Shown: piece by piece, positions 16,050 to 30,790 of the stretch
Numbering within the stretch: the first letter of the stretch is position 1
Layout: each line of letters opens with the position of its first letter
Source: the human T2T-CHM13v2.0 reference genome, Homo sapiens
NCBI RefSeq assembly: GCF_009914755.1
Contig: NC_060944.1
Direction: 5' to 3' (one strand)
Length of the DNA: 64,000 nt
Position numbers and translations under genes: made by a program
Notes under the pieces: model-generated
Told to the model about the DNA's origin: nothing
The model's input: only the letters and a program-made list of their open reading frames with translations
Database searches by the model: none

Positions 16050-16465
16050 CCCATGTTATAGCAGGTGCTGCCTAAATCCCCTTGGCACACACTATATTCA
16101 CTCGCCAGTGGCTTCCCTCTCCAAGTATGGGCCTCTCTGCTTGTGGGCTTTACTTGGCCACACACAAGGGTATCTATACACACAGGATGGGGCTAAAAAG
16201 TATTGCCCTGGGAGCAGCCCTCAACAAATGTAGGGCAGAAACTGGCGAATAAATATCACAGCTTCCTTGCCCCTTGGGGAGCAAAACTGAACCCTGTTCT
16301 GTGTACTGTCCCCCAGAAATCTCCAGCTGCTCACAGCAGTAACCTGGTCATTAAGCTGCTCTAACCCGTATTGGACTCCTTCCCCTTCTTGTCTCCCCGA
16401 CCCCTTAACGTGTATCCTGGGATCGCCTCAAGAACTGTCTGCACTGGAAATCCTGTGTTCAGGTG
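16050..16465 (+). mobile_element. LTR16-like (ERVL) LTR relic
   Basis: GGGAGCAGCCCTCAAC...AATAAATATCACAGCTTCCTTGCCCC...GCTCACAGCAGTAACC motifs. Confidence 0.55.
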
Positions 16466-16667
16466 AGCACCTGAAGAAAGTCAAACATGCCAGGCAATGC
16501 TGGCTCTTTGAAATGCACCCAGCTACAGTTAAAATATATCTGTTGTAATGGGACTAGGGAATAAACAGTATGCCACTCACACCAAAAACTCAACTCACCT
16601 ACTGAGAGAGGAACGCATGTGTTTTTCTTCCCTCAGAGTAAAAGAATCACAACAAAGGAAAAGGGTC

Positions 16668-16967
16668 TTTTTTTTTTTTTTTTTTCCCCAAACAGGATCT
16701 TGCTCTGTTACTCAGGCTGGATGGAGTGCAGTAGAGGAATGATTATAGTTCACTGTGGCCTCAAACTCCTGGGCTCATCTCACTTCAGTCCCCCGAATAG
16801 CTAGAACTACAACTGCACACCACCATACCCAGCTAATAAATTTTTTTTGTAGAGACGGGTCTTGCCATATTGCCCAGGATTGTCTTTAACTCCTAGCCTC
16901 AAGCAATCCTCCTGCCTTGGCCTTCCAAAGTGCTGGGAATTACAGGTGTGAGCCACCGTGCCTGGCT
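16668..16967 (-). mobile_element. AluJ
   Basis: reverse Alu with T-tail. Confidence 0.85.
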
Positions 16968-18166
16968 GAAAGGAAAATATTTTTTGAGGTATTTGTGCTA
17001 ATCAGAAAATGTATCAGAAGACTTGGCCATATGAGAAAAAAAAATTAAAGAAAAAAGAAAAGAAAATGTAATCATTAAGAAAAATCTTATCTGCCCAAGA
17101 AAAATATACCAGCCCTAGGAATTTTAGGTAAAGGCAAAACGCTGTAAATTTTTGCTTTATACATCTCTATGAACAAATAAAGCTTTCTCAATCTCCATGT
17201 TTATCTCACCATCTTTGCTAGCAACATCAATTGAAGGACTCTTAAGCTATGATTGACAGGAGCTCCAAAGTTTCAGCAACCCTACAGCAGTGCAAGGACA
17301 CATGCCTCTAGGACTCCACAGAGCTTGCGCTTAGATACGGGCTGGCTCATAATCAGCTCCTATACAGACCCAATTTCCTACTGGCTCCCAGTACAGACCC
17401 AATTTCCTGTTACTTCAACTGGCACTTCATTAAGCACATTCTTGGGGCTCTGAAAAAGCAGGATTTGCTCACCTTAAAAGGGAGATGTTTATAAAGGCAT
17501 GGTATGCCACGCCCAAGTTTCAAAATCTCTTCCTATTCTATCCCTTCAATTAACTTCCTCATTTTGTCATACAGCAACTAATTACAGGTTGGTATGCGAC
17601 AATAAGTAGCATTTTAACAATATTAACATCTTTAGGAAAAAAGTTTATCAGCATTCATTTATTAGTTCAAACAGAAATTAACACCTACCCTGAATTAGTA
17701 TGCGTTATTACAAACTCTCCTAACACCTGCACTGAAAATGGGAGTATTGATTGAATTGGAGGTGAAGGAAAAAGCTCTCTAACTTGGAGGCGTGATGATA
17801 CTTTGTGTCTGACTGGTAAGGCAGGGCTGAAAAAGATTTTGGTATAAAGAGCCCACAAGGTGCTCGCTGGCCTGAAGAAAGGGGCCCTGCTCTGACAGAA
17901 GGGCTATCCGTTAGTAGATCAATATGAACTCAAACTTCACCCACTTCAAAACTCTATTTTAAGGCTCTCTCTGAACGTATACGAAAAAGGAAACTCTATT
18001 CTTCTGTCTGCTCCCTAGACCCAGAACTAAAGTTAGTATCATCAATACTTTAGTTTAGCTAACTGATTTTAAAAGACTTTTTGAGGGCTTAGTTTGGAAC
18101 CATCTAATACTTTACAACACTTTAAGAAAAGTGTATTCTGAATACTAATCATTTGGATATGAAGCG

Positions 18167-18618
18167 TATAGCAGGTGCACCTGACAGCACTAACTTACGC
18201 ACACCCTTAGAATGACCCTGTGGTCTATGAGGAATGTGTATTCGGGTTCCAAGATAAGGAGTCCAGGAGTGTCCAATCCAGAGATTCATTCCTTATTTAT
18301 GAGGAGGATCTGAACCATGGCCCATCCCATCCTGCGGAACTCAGGTTGCAGAGGGGATAGAGGCCCCCCTTTTTTTTTTTTCCATTAAATGAAGGTAGCC
18401 AGGAGGAGGTTGCTGCAGGGAGGGTGCTAAGTGAAAATGCTATATAAACTGCATTCTTTTTACAAGTGGCTGCAGTTCTGTCCAGCCCGCCGCCAATGGA
18501 CCGTCTTGTATATAAGTTCCCTCAAAAACCGTTCCTCATTTGCTGGCTCCGGGTCTCATCTTCAGCCTCTTGAACATGGTGCTATCCCTACTGAAATCAA
18601 TAGGGATCCAGCACGACA
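18167..18618 (+). mobile_element. Solo LTR (~450 bp, LTR47-like) in NANP intron
   Basis: TATA (GCTATATAAA ~18439), ends ...CACGACA, near-perfect flanking duplication GAAGCG/GAAGGG. Confidence 0.7.
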
Positions 18619-19040
18619 GAAGGGGATGAATTCCAAATAAAACTATTAACAATTTTAAAACACGCTCACAAAATGAGGCCTGCACTCAGCCTAGCAATTC
18701 AAGCAGCGCTTCTGTTATTTTTATTTCAAGTCTGTGCACAAACATCACCTACTCGATGAGGCCAAATCTGACCAGTCTATTTAAAATGTTGATTTGTTAC
18801 CCTCTCTGCTTTTTCTATCACACCTGTAAATATTTATTATGTTCACTGCCATACCCACTAAGAAGTAAATTCACAAATGCAGAAATCTCTTCTGCTTTGT
18901 TCACTGAGAAACTCCAGGCTTCTGTAGAAAAGTTCCTCTTGAGTAATTACCATGAAAAACAGGTCTAAAGAGGGAGAAAAAAAATAACTTCCCTAGGTGA
19001 TTAGAAAAAATTAAAGTTGATACATACAGTCAGTATATGA

Positions 19041-19398
<358 letters not shown>

Positions 19399-19479
19399 CA
19401 TTCATAAATTATTTACAATGATTTGTAATTATAAAGGAGGCAGTAATAGAACCAAGTCTCGAAGTAAAAATTTGTATCC

Positions 19480-20700
19480 ATCCATCCAGCATTTATTCAA
19501 CATTTGCCATGTGTCAAACGAGGATAATTAAGACAGCTTGTTCCCTCCCAAGAAGCTCACTATTTAGTAGTAGGCACCTGAGTTGCAAAATTAATTGAAA
19601 TATCCTTTGACAGATGCATTAAGAAATATCTGAACAAAATACAGCACTACTATAAGTGAGGGTGTAAAGACCAGGGAGGCATACGATTTAGTCTTTGTTT
19701 TAAAAATATTGCTGTGGCAAGAATGTGGAGGACACACTGGATGTGGTAAACCTGGAGACAAGCCCACAGCAACAGTCTAGGTGAGAGATGAGTTCAGCTG
19801 TAACTGAGACATGCACGGGGCATGTGCAGTGGTGGACAGACAGCGTACGAGGGTGGAAGGTGCTATAGTTCGCTGAGTGGACACTGCAACCATGGGCTTC
19901 CCAAGTATTACAGGGTTATTGAGGACTAATATAATTCACATTTTATGAAGATATAAGGCTCCGAGTGGTTAATTCCTTGAGGCACTTTCAGCTAGGTTTT
20001 GGGAGAGCTGTGATTCATATTCAAATGTCTGATTTTAAAGCCCAAACTCTGGGCCTACAGCAAGAATTGGCCTAAAGCAATAATTTAATTGAAATGCACA
20101 GGACTCAGCTTACTAATAACACACAGGTAAATATGTAACATCTGCAGCGAGAGATACTGGAGGCAATATGGCACAGGGTGGCACCCCTGAGGTGGAGGCC
20201 AACAAGTTAAAAGTGTGGAATGCCTCAGTAAAGTCATGAAGACAGACTTTAAAAATGTCTACTGATTCCGGCATTTTGGGAATGCCTAGTGATCCAGCAA
20301 GTCTATTTCAGTCTAGCGGTGAAGATAAAGCGACATTACGATGGATTTAGTAATAAATAGGAGGTAGAGACAAGGAGATAACGGGTATAGATTTCTCCGG
20401 GAAAACATGGCTGTCAAGAGAGACAGGCAACATCTACAGCAGGAAGAATAGCCCAAAGGGAGGCATCCTTTTTACAGCTTTTTTAAAACTATAGGGCAAA
20501 CATGAATATGCGGCAGGAGTGGAATGCAGCTAAAAAGAAAACGGATGAGGTAGTGGAAGATCCAGGGACACAAAAACTAACTGATGAAGCATGAAGAGGA
20601 CGGGGCGCTCAGGTTTGGATGAATTAGCTTTTGAAAGTGAGTTTTCCACATCTGATAAATCCTTCCCTTTCCCCTTGAAGCTGAAGGTAGAGAAAGGGAA
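19480..20700 (-). mobile_element. L2 fragments with an intervening MIR-like piece
   Basis: CCATCCATCCAGCATTTATT L2 tail and decayed L2 body. Confidence 0.5.
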
Positions 20701-21404
20701 GCCGGGGTGGACTGGGGCTGGAACACGGGAAGGTCTGAAAGCGCCTCCGCGCGTGTAGAGGGGCAGTGCCGCGGAGGAGCGCCTCAGGAAGGGCATGCCC
20801 TCGCAGCACGGGCTTTTGCTGTGTCACGTGTCAGAAAGCCACGGTGACCACCACCCCGCCAGGGAGGCCAGAAGAAGTTCTGCGGCGACAATTCTCTAAA
20901 GCAGGGCTTAAGTCCAGGCTCGGTACTGACAGCCGTGTCCCTTCTTGGGTCAACACTGGGGCTAACTCTACCATGTCTCCTCCCAGCAACCCCGAAAGTC
21001 GCATGGGGGACACGACCCTCTGTCGAGCTCCACACCGACAGTCTGACCGGGGGCGGGACCAGCGCCTGGTCTCGCGGCTTTGCTGTCGCCTCCCGCGCCC
21101 ACGGGCACCTCCGCCACCGTGGCAGCCGTCACGGAGCCCTTCCGCGTCCCGAGCGCCAAGGCACCTGCGAGCAGCCGCTCCAGGGCTCGAGATTGGGTGA
21201 CAAGCGGCCGCCAGGCCAGGGAAAGCAGACCCGCAGGGCCCGCGCGCCTCCAGCCACCTCCGCACCCGCACGCTCCACAGGTTTCAACCAGCAAGAGCGG
21301 CCCGCGGCGCCGGGGTGGAAGTGGGGTCAAGGGGAGGTGAGCGTGCAGGACGGGGCGGGGCGCACTGACCCCGCCCAGAGGAGCGCCATGGGTGGGGACG
21401 TTAC

Positions 21405-21494
21405 CTCCAACATGCCTCTCCTGCTCGCCCCGGCCGTGTCGATGAGAGTGTTGTCCAAGTCAAAGAAAACCGCCCGCACGCGGCTCAGCCCCAT
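21405..21494 (-). CDS. NANP: NANP coding exon 1 (codons 1-30, MGLSRVRAVFFDLDNTLIDTAGASRRGMLE)
   Basis: ATG at 21494-21492 in strong Kozak context (GCTATGG); HAD motif I DxD (FFDLDNTL); ends at GAG|GTAACG donor (21404), phase 0. Confidence 0.97.
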
Positions 21495-21537
21495 AGCGCC
21501 GGCCGCTGGCGCGAACCGTAGCCTTGCCACCGCCGCC

Positions 21538-21549
21538 TGCGCATGCGCA
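21538..21549. promoter_or_regulatory. NRF1 binding site (perfect palindrome)
   Basis: TGCGCATGCGCA 44 bp upstream of the NANP ATG. Confidence 0.8.
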
Positions 21550-21618
21550 AGGCGGACTGCCCAGAGAGACGTGGGAGGAGCCGCGAAGTCACCAGACCAT
21601 CTCCCGGCGCGGGTGGAA

Positions 21619-21673
21619 TTCCCGCGATCTGTCTCATTCCCTGCGCCGCCGAGAAAAGTGAGATCCCGCGAGA
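21619..21673. promoter_or_regulatory. E2F-like TTCCCGCG (21619-21626) and BANP/ZBTB33-like TCCCGCGAGA (21664-21673)
   Basis: motif match; the second is 1 mismatch from TCTCGCGAGA. Confidence 0.45.
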
Positions 21674-22424
21674 CTCCCAGGGTATGGTCTCTCAAGAGCC
21701 CTGGAAACGTGTGTCGGCGCCGCCGGATGCGGCGACTTCTCAGTGGCTGTGGCTGGCGTTGGTCCGAAGCGTGGTGTTCTTCCCTGGTGTCTTTCTGCTT
21801 ATCTCTTTCCTCCCTGGGCCCTCCGGCGCGAGGGACCGTCATCACCTCCCCGAGAGAGGTTGTCCGCGCTGCCAGGCGCTGGGCAGCAGGCTCTCCGGGT
21901 GGCCGGGCGGGCGGCGCGGAGACGTCGGCGGGCCTGATGTCTGCCTTGAGCGCCCGCGGTCCTAGCCTGCCTGTACGCGCAGGTCACTGTAGGTGATCTG
22001 GGGACGGGGGAAGGTGGAGCCTGCGCCTTCCCGCCTCGCGCCATTTGCGGCCTTCGCCGGGGTGGAATCCCTGTCTGCCTGGGCCCGCGCCAGCACGTTT
22101 CTGAAGGATGTGACTTGGGTCTCTTACAACCCGTTTAGTACCTGTGCCCTAAGACGGAGGGGCTGTGTAGTGGCTGCCCCATGTTTTGCCCTTCCTGATT
22201 GTTTTCCTGAAACCTTGCGTTCTCAGGTCTTTGGATGCCTTTTACTCGGTTGTTTTCAGGCATAGCAAGAGGTTGAGGGACGTCGACCGCCTTTTAAACC
22301 CGCGGAAGGGCTGTAGCAACTCTTGTCTCCTAGTGCTGGCAGAACGGGGATCGTAACACTAATCTCTAATCTTTGTCTCTCTTGGGTACCTTTACTGTAA
22401 TTTGGATATGTGGTCATCATTAGT

Positions 22425-23062
<638 letters not shown>

Positions 23063-23669
23063 CACCTCGCTGGTGGAACTCCTTAACAGACCACTGATGT
23101 TCAGTAGGTTAGATTAATTGGTTTATCTTTATATTAATAGGAGTTTCTTCTGCAGCGTTAGACTACCTACAGTTTCTATATTTTATGGAGCACAATCACA
23201 GTTGACATCTCATTGCTATGGTGGAGAATAAACCCATAGGCATTCCTCAAAACCATGACTCCTTTCTGTGCTTACCTCATTGACGTATAGGGCTAGCCTA
23301 TCAATTGTGGACATTTAGATTAGCAATCAGCCAAAATTATGGTGAATTAATTGGAGTTACTTTTAATTGCCTGAAATGTCAGAATCAATTTAGCATAAAA
23401 CTATAGGCACAGGAAGCTTATAGGATTGGAGCAGCTTTTTTTTTTTTTTTCTGACTTGCATGCAGAGTTTGTTGTTTGCTGATTTAGGCAAAAATCTAAG
23501 GTTAGATGAGGCATAGCAGTCTGTATAATCCTTTTAAGGGGATGCGTTGTTTGATAGATTTCCTTTTGTGACAAGTCGTCTAATGGCATTCCATGACCTG
23601 TCCAACTTTGTGTAGAGCACCCTATTCTGTTGCTGTTCATAAAAATCTGAATCTGTTGTCCCACACATA

Positions 23670-24293
23670 GCACCAATTGAAAATAAAAAACAGGAGAGGG
23701 AGGATTAAAATTGGCCTATACCGCCTCCTCCAATTGCAGAAACATCGGTGCTGCCTCCTTCGGTAGTAGAAATAGAAACCCCAACACAAAGAATTTTACG
23801 CTCTGCTGTCATAGCTGGAGAGCCCTTAGGACCTTGCGCTTTTCCTGTTTCCATAAGGCCTGATCCAAATAATCCATAGTAGGTAATTCATGAACACACT
23901 CCACAGGAATTTAAGTTGTTGAAGGAATTAAAAACTAGTGTGGTCAATAATGGAGTACAAAGCCCATGGTTCCCAGAGGAAGGAATTCTAGACATAGAAC
24001 TCTGGGAACAAGTGGGGAGAAACCTTAAACAACATCAGGCGCAAAGGCATCAGGTCCCAGTAAAATCTTTAATGTTATGGGCTTTAATTTGAGCAGCCCT
24101 GGCTCAGTTACACACAGAAGATCCTAAAAAGAGGAAGGAGAAGAAAACATCACCTGCCTTATCACCTCCTCTTCCCTCAGCCCCAATATCACTGGGCCAA
24201 AATAACAAAGAGGAAACAGAGGTCTTACCTAAGCCGCCTCCTCCTATAGATAGGGAAAAGGACAGAGGATATACTACAGCTATCAGTCCCTGT
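23670..24293 (+). pseudogene. Betaretroviral (HERV-K) gag fragments, decayed
   Basis: one frame reads APIENKKQERED*NWPIPPPP...CAFPVS...EFKLLKELKTSVVNNGVQSP WFPEEGILDIELWEQVG...LWALI*AAL...PPPPIDREKDRGY; four stops. Confidence 0.85.
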
Positions 24294-24303
24294 CCAGGTG
24301 CCA
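24286..24303 (-). other. tRNA-Lys primer-binding site
   Basis: TGGCACCTGGACAGGGAC on -, resembling TGGCGCCCGAACAGGGAC, 3 nt after the LTR terminal CA. Confidence 0.8.
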
Positions 24304-24306
24304 CTA

Positions 24307-24746
24307 TGTAACTAGCATGGACCTAGGGGGACTGAACAAAGAGGGGGAACACAGGAATGAAAGACGAGATAAAAATATATTTGGAAGAAGGGGTCGGGGG
24401 CACCTTGCCTCTAGTGGACAAGGGGCCTGAGCTTTACACAGCCCTCCGTATTTATTAGGCAAAAGAGATAGCGAGAAGGGGGGCGATTGTTGGGTAATAG
24501 TCGGCCATTTGGTTCACAGCAGGCTTGCGAGACTGCATCCTTTGGACAATAGGCGCTAGATTTCTCAATAGATAACTTTAAGGAGCCTGGCACCAGGGAG
24601 TGATGTCCTTCAGCAAACCTTTTGGTGGCAGGGCAATGTGAATTTGCCCACATCCTGCATTCATGATAAACAGTTTGCTGTTTGATCATATAGCCTCCGG
24701 TGGAATGCTGAGTTGGTCATGTCCCATGGGTCTTCGGCTCCTTGCA
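24307..24746 (-). mobile_element. LTR3-type (HERV-K HML-6) LTR
   Basis: TG...CA termini, 440 bp, starts TGCAAGGAGCCGAAG, internal AATAAA, followed by Lys PBS. Confidence 0.82.
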
Positions 24747-24764
24747 ACTTTGCTACTTGAATAA

Positions 24765-25555
<791 letters not shown>

Positions 25556-25879
25556 ATTTACAAAGAAAAGAGGCTTAATTGGCTTATGGTTCTTTGGCCT
25601 ATATAGACTTCTGCTTTTGGGGAGGCCTCAGGAAACTTACAATCAGGGTGGAAGGTGAAGAGAAAGCAAGCACATCTTCACATGGCTGGCAGGAGAGAGG
25701 AGGTGGGGAGGTGCTACACACTTTCAGTCAACCAGATCTTATGAGACCTCTATCTCAAGAACAGCAAGGGGGACGTCTGCCCCCATGATTCAATCATCTC
25801 CCACCAGGCCTCTCCTCCAACACTGGTGATTACAATTCGACATGAAATTTGAGTGGGGACACAGACCCAAGCCATATCA
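25556..25879 (-). mobile_element. MST-type MaLR LTR
   Basis: reverse complement begins TGATATGGCTTGGGTCTGTGTCCCCAC. Confidence 0.8.
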
Positions 25880-25889
25880 ACTAATAAAG

Positions 25890-26314
25890 ATAACACTAAC
25901 TGTTGTAACAAACTGCAAATTTTAGTTGTCTGGGCAGTGAAATAGAAGTTCACTTCTCATTTATATAAAGTGTGGTGTGGATTGGTCCTGGGTTGATAGT
26001 GTCATTTCTCCATGGGGTGACGCAAGGCCCAGGGTTTTTCTTGTCATAGCTTCGCCATCCCCTAGAACCTGGGAATCTTCTATCCCCGGGCACTGGAAAC
26101 CTGGAGAGATCATCGGGGAAGCACACCTGATTTTGAAAAACCCTGGCCTGGAAATGACCACTTCCCCTCTGCTTGTAGCCTATGGTTTGGCCATGACAAA
26201 GACAAAGGTGGCTGGGAGATGTCATCTGTGGCTGGGCAGCTGTTCCCAGCAGCCCCTCTATCTTCTGGAAGGTGGAGCATGAATTTTTTGTTGGTTCACT
26301 TGTGAATCTGTCAC
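25890..26314 (-). mobile_element. MLT1-type LTR relic
   Basis: decayed MLT1-like motifs ending CTGTCACA. Confidence 0.45.
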
Positions 26315-27989
26315 ACCAACGAGTGCTGTAAAATTCGGAGTGGGATTTTACATAGAGAAAGCTAGAAAAACAACTGTGTGTTCATGAGGCCAAGGCATCA
26401 GGGTTGAGCACAAACAATTTGAGTGCAGATTTGTCTCTGCTAGTTAATCTCACTTTACAGTGCCCCCAATGTCATGGGTTATCCGGAAGGTTATTTCATG
26501 TACCGCCTTTGTGTGGAAGCACATTTCCATAGATAGTAGATAAAGATCTCTTAACCTTATATTTTCCCTCATATCATCATAAATAGCTTATGCAATGCCA
26601 TTTCAGTGAGTCTGACAACTTCTCCAATGAGGTCTGGATGCAGCAGCGTATCTTTTTGTTATATATAAAAAAGAGTGACAGCATTCATCGTTTACAGTGA
26701 CATCAATGAATTCTGCTTGTAGAGGTTCCCCATCCATCCGTTCATAATACCTTTTATGACTTCAGGCTTTTAAACATCGCACTCTGGTCTGTTTTTCAAA
26801 TATACCACCATTATCGGCTCAGGAAGCCATTCTTCAATATTTCATTTTCCTAAGAATATCTGGAATATCTTAATTCCTATGAGGCTTCTCCATGGGGTAG
26901 GCTCTCAGGTAGGACTTTAACAGGAAAAGGGGGAAAACTGCTGCTGGAGACACGGTTCCTGAGCACAGCTGTCTGCTCTGTACTGGGAAGTTAAAAGGGT
27001 TAGAAAAAGGGGAGTTATAACACAGACTGAGTTATATCTTGGGTCATTCCTGACCTGGAAACATATTAGCTCTTCAGAGCCCTTGAGTTTGCCATCAGGA
27101 GAAGGAGAGACACCCATTCAGGTGAAGCCTGGAACCACCAAGGGTTGGGTGAGGAATGGGCAGTGAATGTCCTTCCTAAGATACCCTTCTGCTGATGAGA
27201 AGTGCATTCTTGGTTTCCCAGGAAGTGCCCATTTGGACAGAGATGGAGAATTACGAGGGGCATTGCTTCTCAATGTTTTGTCACTTTTGAGGTGCCACGG
27301 TGTCTTTCTTTGGCCACCATTTCCTGGTTTCTTCCTTGTCTGCAGATCTTACTAGAGTTAGGCAAAATCAATTTCAGGTTCAGCTCTAGTGGACTGGGAA
27401 CAATCTCCAGCAGGGAACTCCCTGGACAGTCTGGGGACAGCTGGGACGATTCCTGAAGCAACTTAGATAGGAAAAATCACGATGAGCTTTGATTTAGGGA
27501 AGAACATTGTTGGGCACCCTGAGTCCACCTGCCACCAGCCGCGGAGGGCATGTTATAAACACACCAGACACGCCAAGGATGGGAACATTGGACCTAATTT
27601 AGCAACAACAAATCCTTTCCCTCATGCATACTTCTCTAATTACAAATGAGATTGTGGTAGGCTTAGCATGGGTAAATAAAATTGATTCTGTCCACAAAAT
27701 TGGAGATGATAAATGTGTTCAAGAAAGGGCTTCAAATGCCTAGCTGCTGATTAGAAAAGGCAAAATAATTGTGAGATGGTGACTAATAGATGGAAGGAAT
27801 TGTGGTAGAATTGGTCTCCTTGCAGAAATATCACTGGTCTGATCTTTTCAAGATAATTACCATCAAATGACTGTGTGTTTCATGCTCTACCCTTCAGTTG
27901 GCCGAGGCATTGCAGGAATCCCCACATTGACTCGGCTGTAGGTGGCTCTGGCTTTCTCTCTGTTTGAAGCCTGTAACGGAGCCCCTCTG

Positions 27990-29143
<1,154 letters not shown>

Positions 29144-29330
29144 TGTGGATGAATGAGTCTTCGTGTAGCATTTTAAGGAGGGGAGATGTACAGACTCATT
29201 ACAGATGAACCTGTTTGCTAAGCACAGTACTTAAACTGCCATTTTGATAGATTAACACTAGTAGTTAGAGGACATCTTCAAATTTGCAGGAAACAAGGTT
29301 TGAATAGAAGATTTGTAAGTCACTGTTCTC

Positions 29331-29620
29331 AGTGGCTCATGCCTATAACCTCAGCACTTTGGGAGGCTGAGGCAGTCAGATTGCTTTAGGCCAGGAGTTT
29401 GAGACCAGGCTGGCCAACATGGTGAGACCCCATATCTACAAAAAATTTGAAAATTAGCTGGGTGTAGTGGTGTGTGCCTGTGGTCCCATCTGCTTGGGAG
29501 GCTGAGGTGGGAGAATAGCTTGAGCTCAGGAGGTTGAGACTACAGTGAGCTATGGTCCTGCCTCTGCACTTTAGCCTCGGCGACAATAAGACTCTGCCTC
29601 AAAAAAAAAAAAAAAAAAAA
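29331..29620 (+). mobile_element. AluJ
   Basis: dimer plus A-tail. Confidence 0.87.
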
Positions 29621-30049
29621 AGATTTTTGACTGTGAGACTTGATCTAGGAATGAATGGAAATGCAACTGTAGTCATGTTTCTCCTGCATTCTTCCATCTG
29701 CAGAATGGCACCATTGTTGTGCGGATGCTGATGCCCAGCGTTGAGCCTGTCGTCTCCTATATTAGGGGAAGTTCTCCTGGCCCTTCCCAACTACCTCCCC
29801 TGTGCAAGTTTATTACAACTGAACGGCCTCAAGGGCAAGTGTGCCTTCTGGTTTAAAGTTTTCTCAGATTAGGGCACTGTCAGGTTTATAGGGATGAAAC
29901 AGAAGCAACCAGAAGAGAATCTTAGGCTCCCACATCTACCCAGCTACCGCCAGCCCTTTCTGTTGTTTGCTGGATCCCACCCTTACTGAGGGGCATCTTT
30001 CAGCAATTCTTTCCTCCTTGGTTTTGCATGTTCAAAGTTCTCCCACCCT

Positions 30050-30790
30050 TTGAATCCACTCCATTTAGCATTTCACTGACACCACTCCACCGAAACTACT
30101 CTTGTCAGGCCACCAATGACCTTCACCTTGCTCTTCAATCGCCATTTCCTGGCCTCTTCTTATTTGTCCTATCAGTAGCATTTGAACTAGCCAGTCACTG
30201 CTTTCTCCTTGATAAGCTTTTTTTTTTCTCTTTCTGTTTTTCTTTTTGAGATGGAGTCTCACTCTGTTGTCTGTTGCCCAGACTGCAGTGCAGTGGCACA
30301 ATCCTGGTTCACTGCAATCTCCACCTCCTGGGTCCAAGCAATTTTCCTGCCTCACCCTCCTAAGAAGCTGGGGTTACAGGTGAGCACCACCGTGCCCAGC
30401 TAATTTTTGTATTTTTAGTAGAGATGGGGTTTCACTATGTTTCCCAGGCTGGTCTCGAACTCCTGACCTCTAGTGATCCACCCATCTTGGCCTCCCAAAG
30501 TGCTGGGATTACAGGTGTAAGCCACCGTGCCCAGCTGATAAACTTTCTTTACTTGGCTTTTGGGACACCACACTTTCTTCATTTTCTTCCCGGCTCACTG
30601 ACTACTCTTCCTAGTCTCTTTTCTGGTTCCTCCCATTTCCCTGACTTTCTGGTATTAGAGTGCCCCAGGGCTGCTTAATTACACGCACTTCTTTGGTGAT
30701 CTCATTCACTTTTATGACTTTAAATACCATCTGTATGTATATGCTGATGACTCAAAATTGTATCTTCCCTGGATTCTTAACACTTAGCTT
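30050..30790 (+). mobile_element. L2 fragment interrupted by AluS (-, 30217-30535)
   Basis: CACCACTCCACCGAAACTACTCTTGTCAGGCCACCAATGACCT L2 RT relic. Confidence 0.7.

Larger units (their letters stand above)
20740..22120. promoter_or_regulatory. CpG island / bidirectional promoter over NANP exon 1
   Basis: very high GC and CpG density versus flanks; contains NANP start codon, GC box (~21049), E-box GTCACGTG (20823-20830). Confidence 0.93.

Noticed and set aside
18583-18608. Hairpin ATCCCTA...TAGGGAT as a terminator or ncRNA
   Set aside because: Part of the LTR U5 end; no independent evidence
20766-22265. 353-aa and other long ORFs over the CpG island
   Set aside because: GC-rich stop depletion, low-complexity R/G/A/P content, antisense to or overlapping NANP exon 1, no recognisable domain
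23436-23669. Possible processed pseudogene ending in poly(A) on the minus strand
   Set aside because: No recognisable protein and no TSD; the T-tract alone is insufficient
26640-26830. Cadherin-like words (YYE...EFIDVTVNDE) in a minus frame
   Set aside because: Too short, interrupted by stops, no other cadherin motifs
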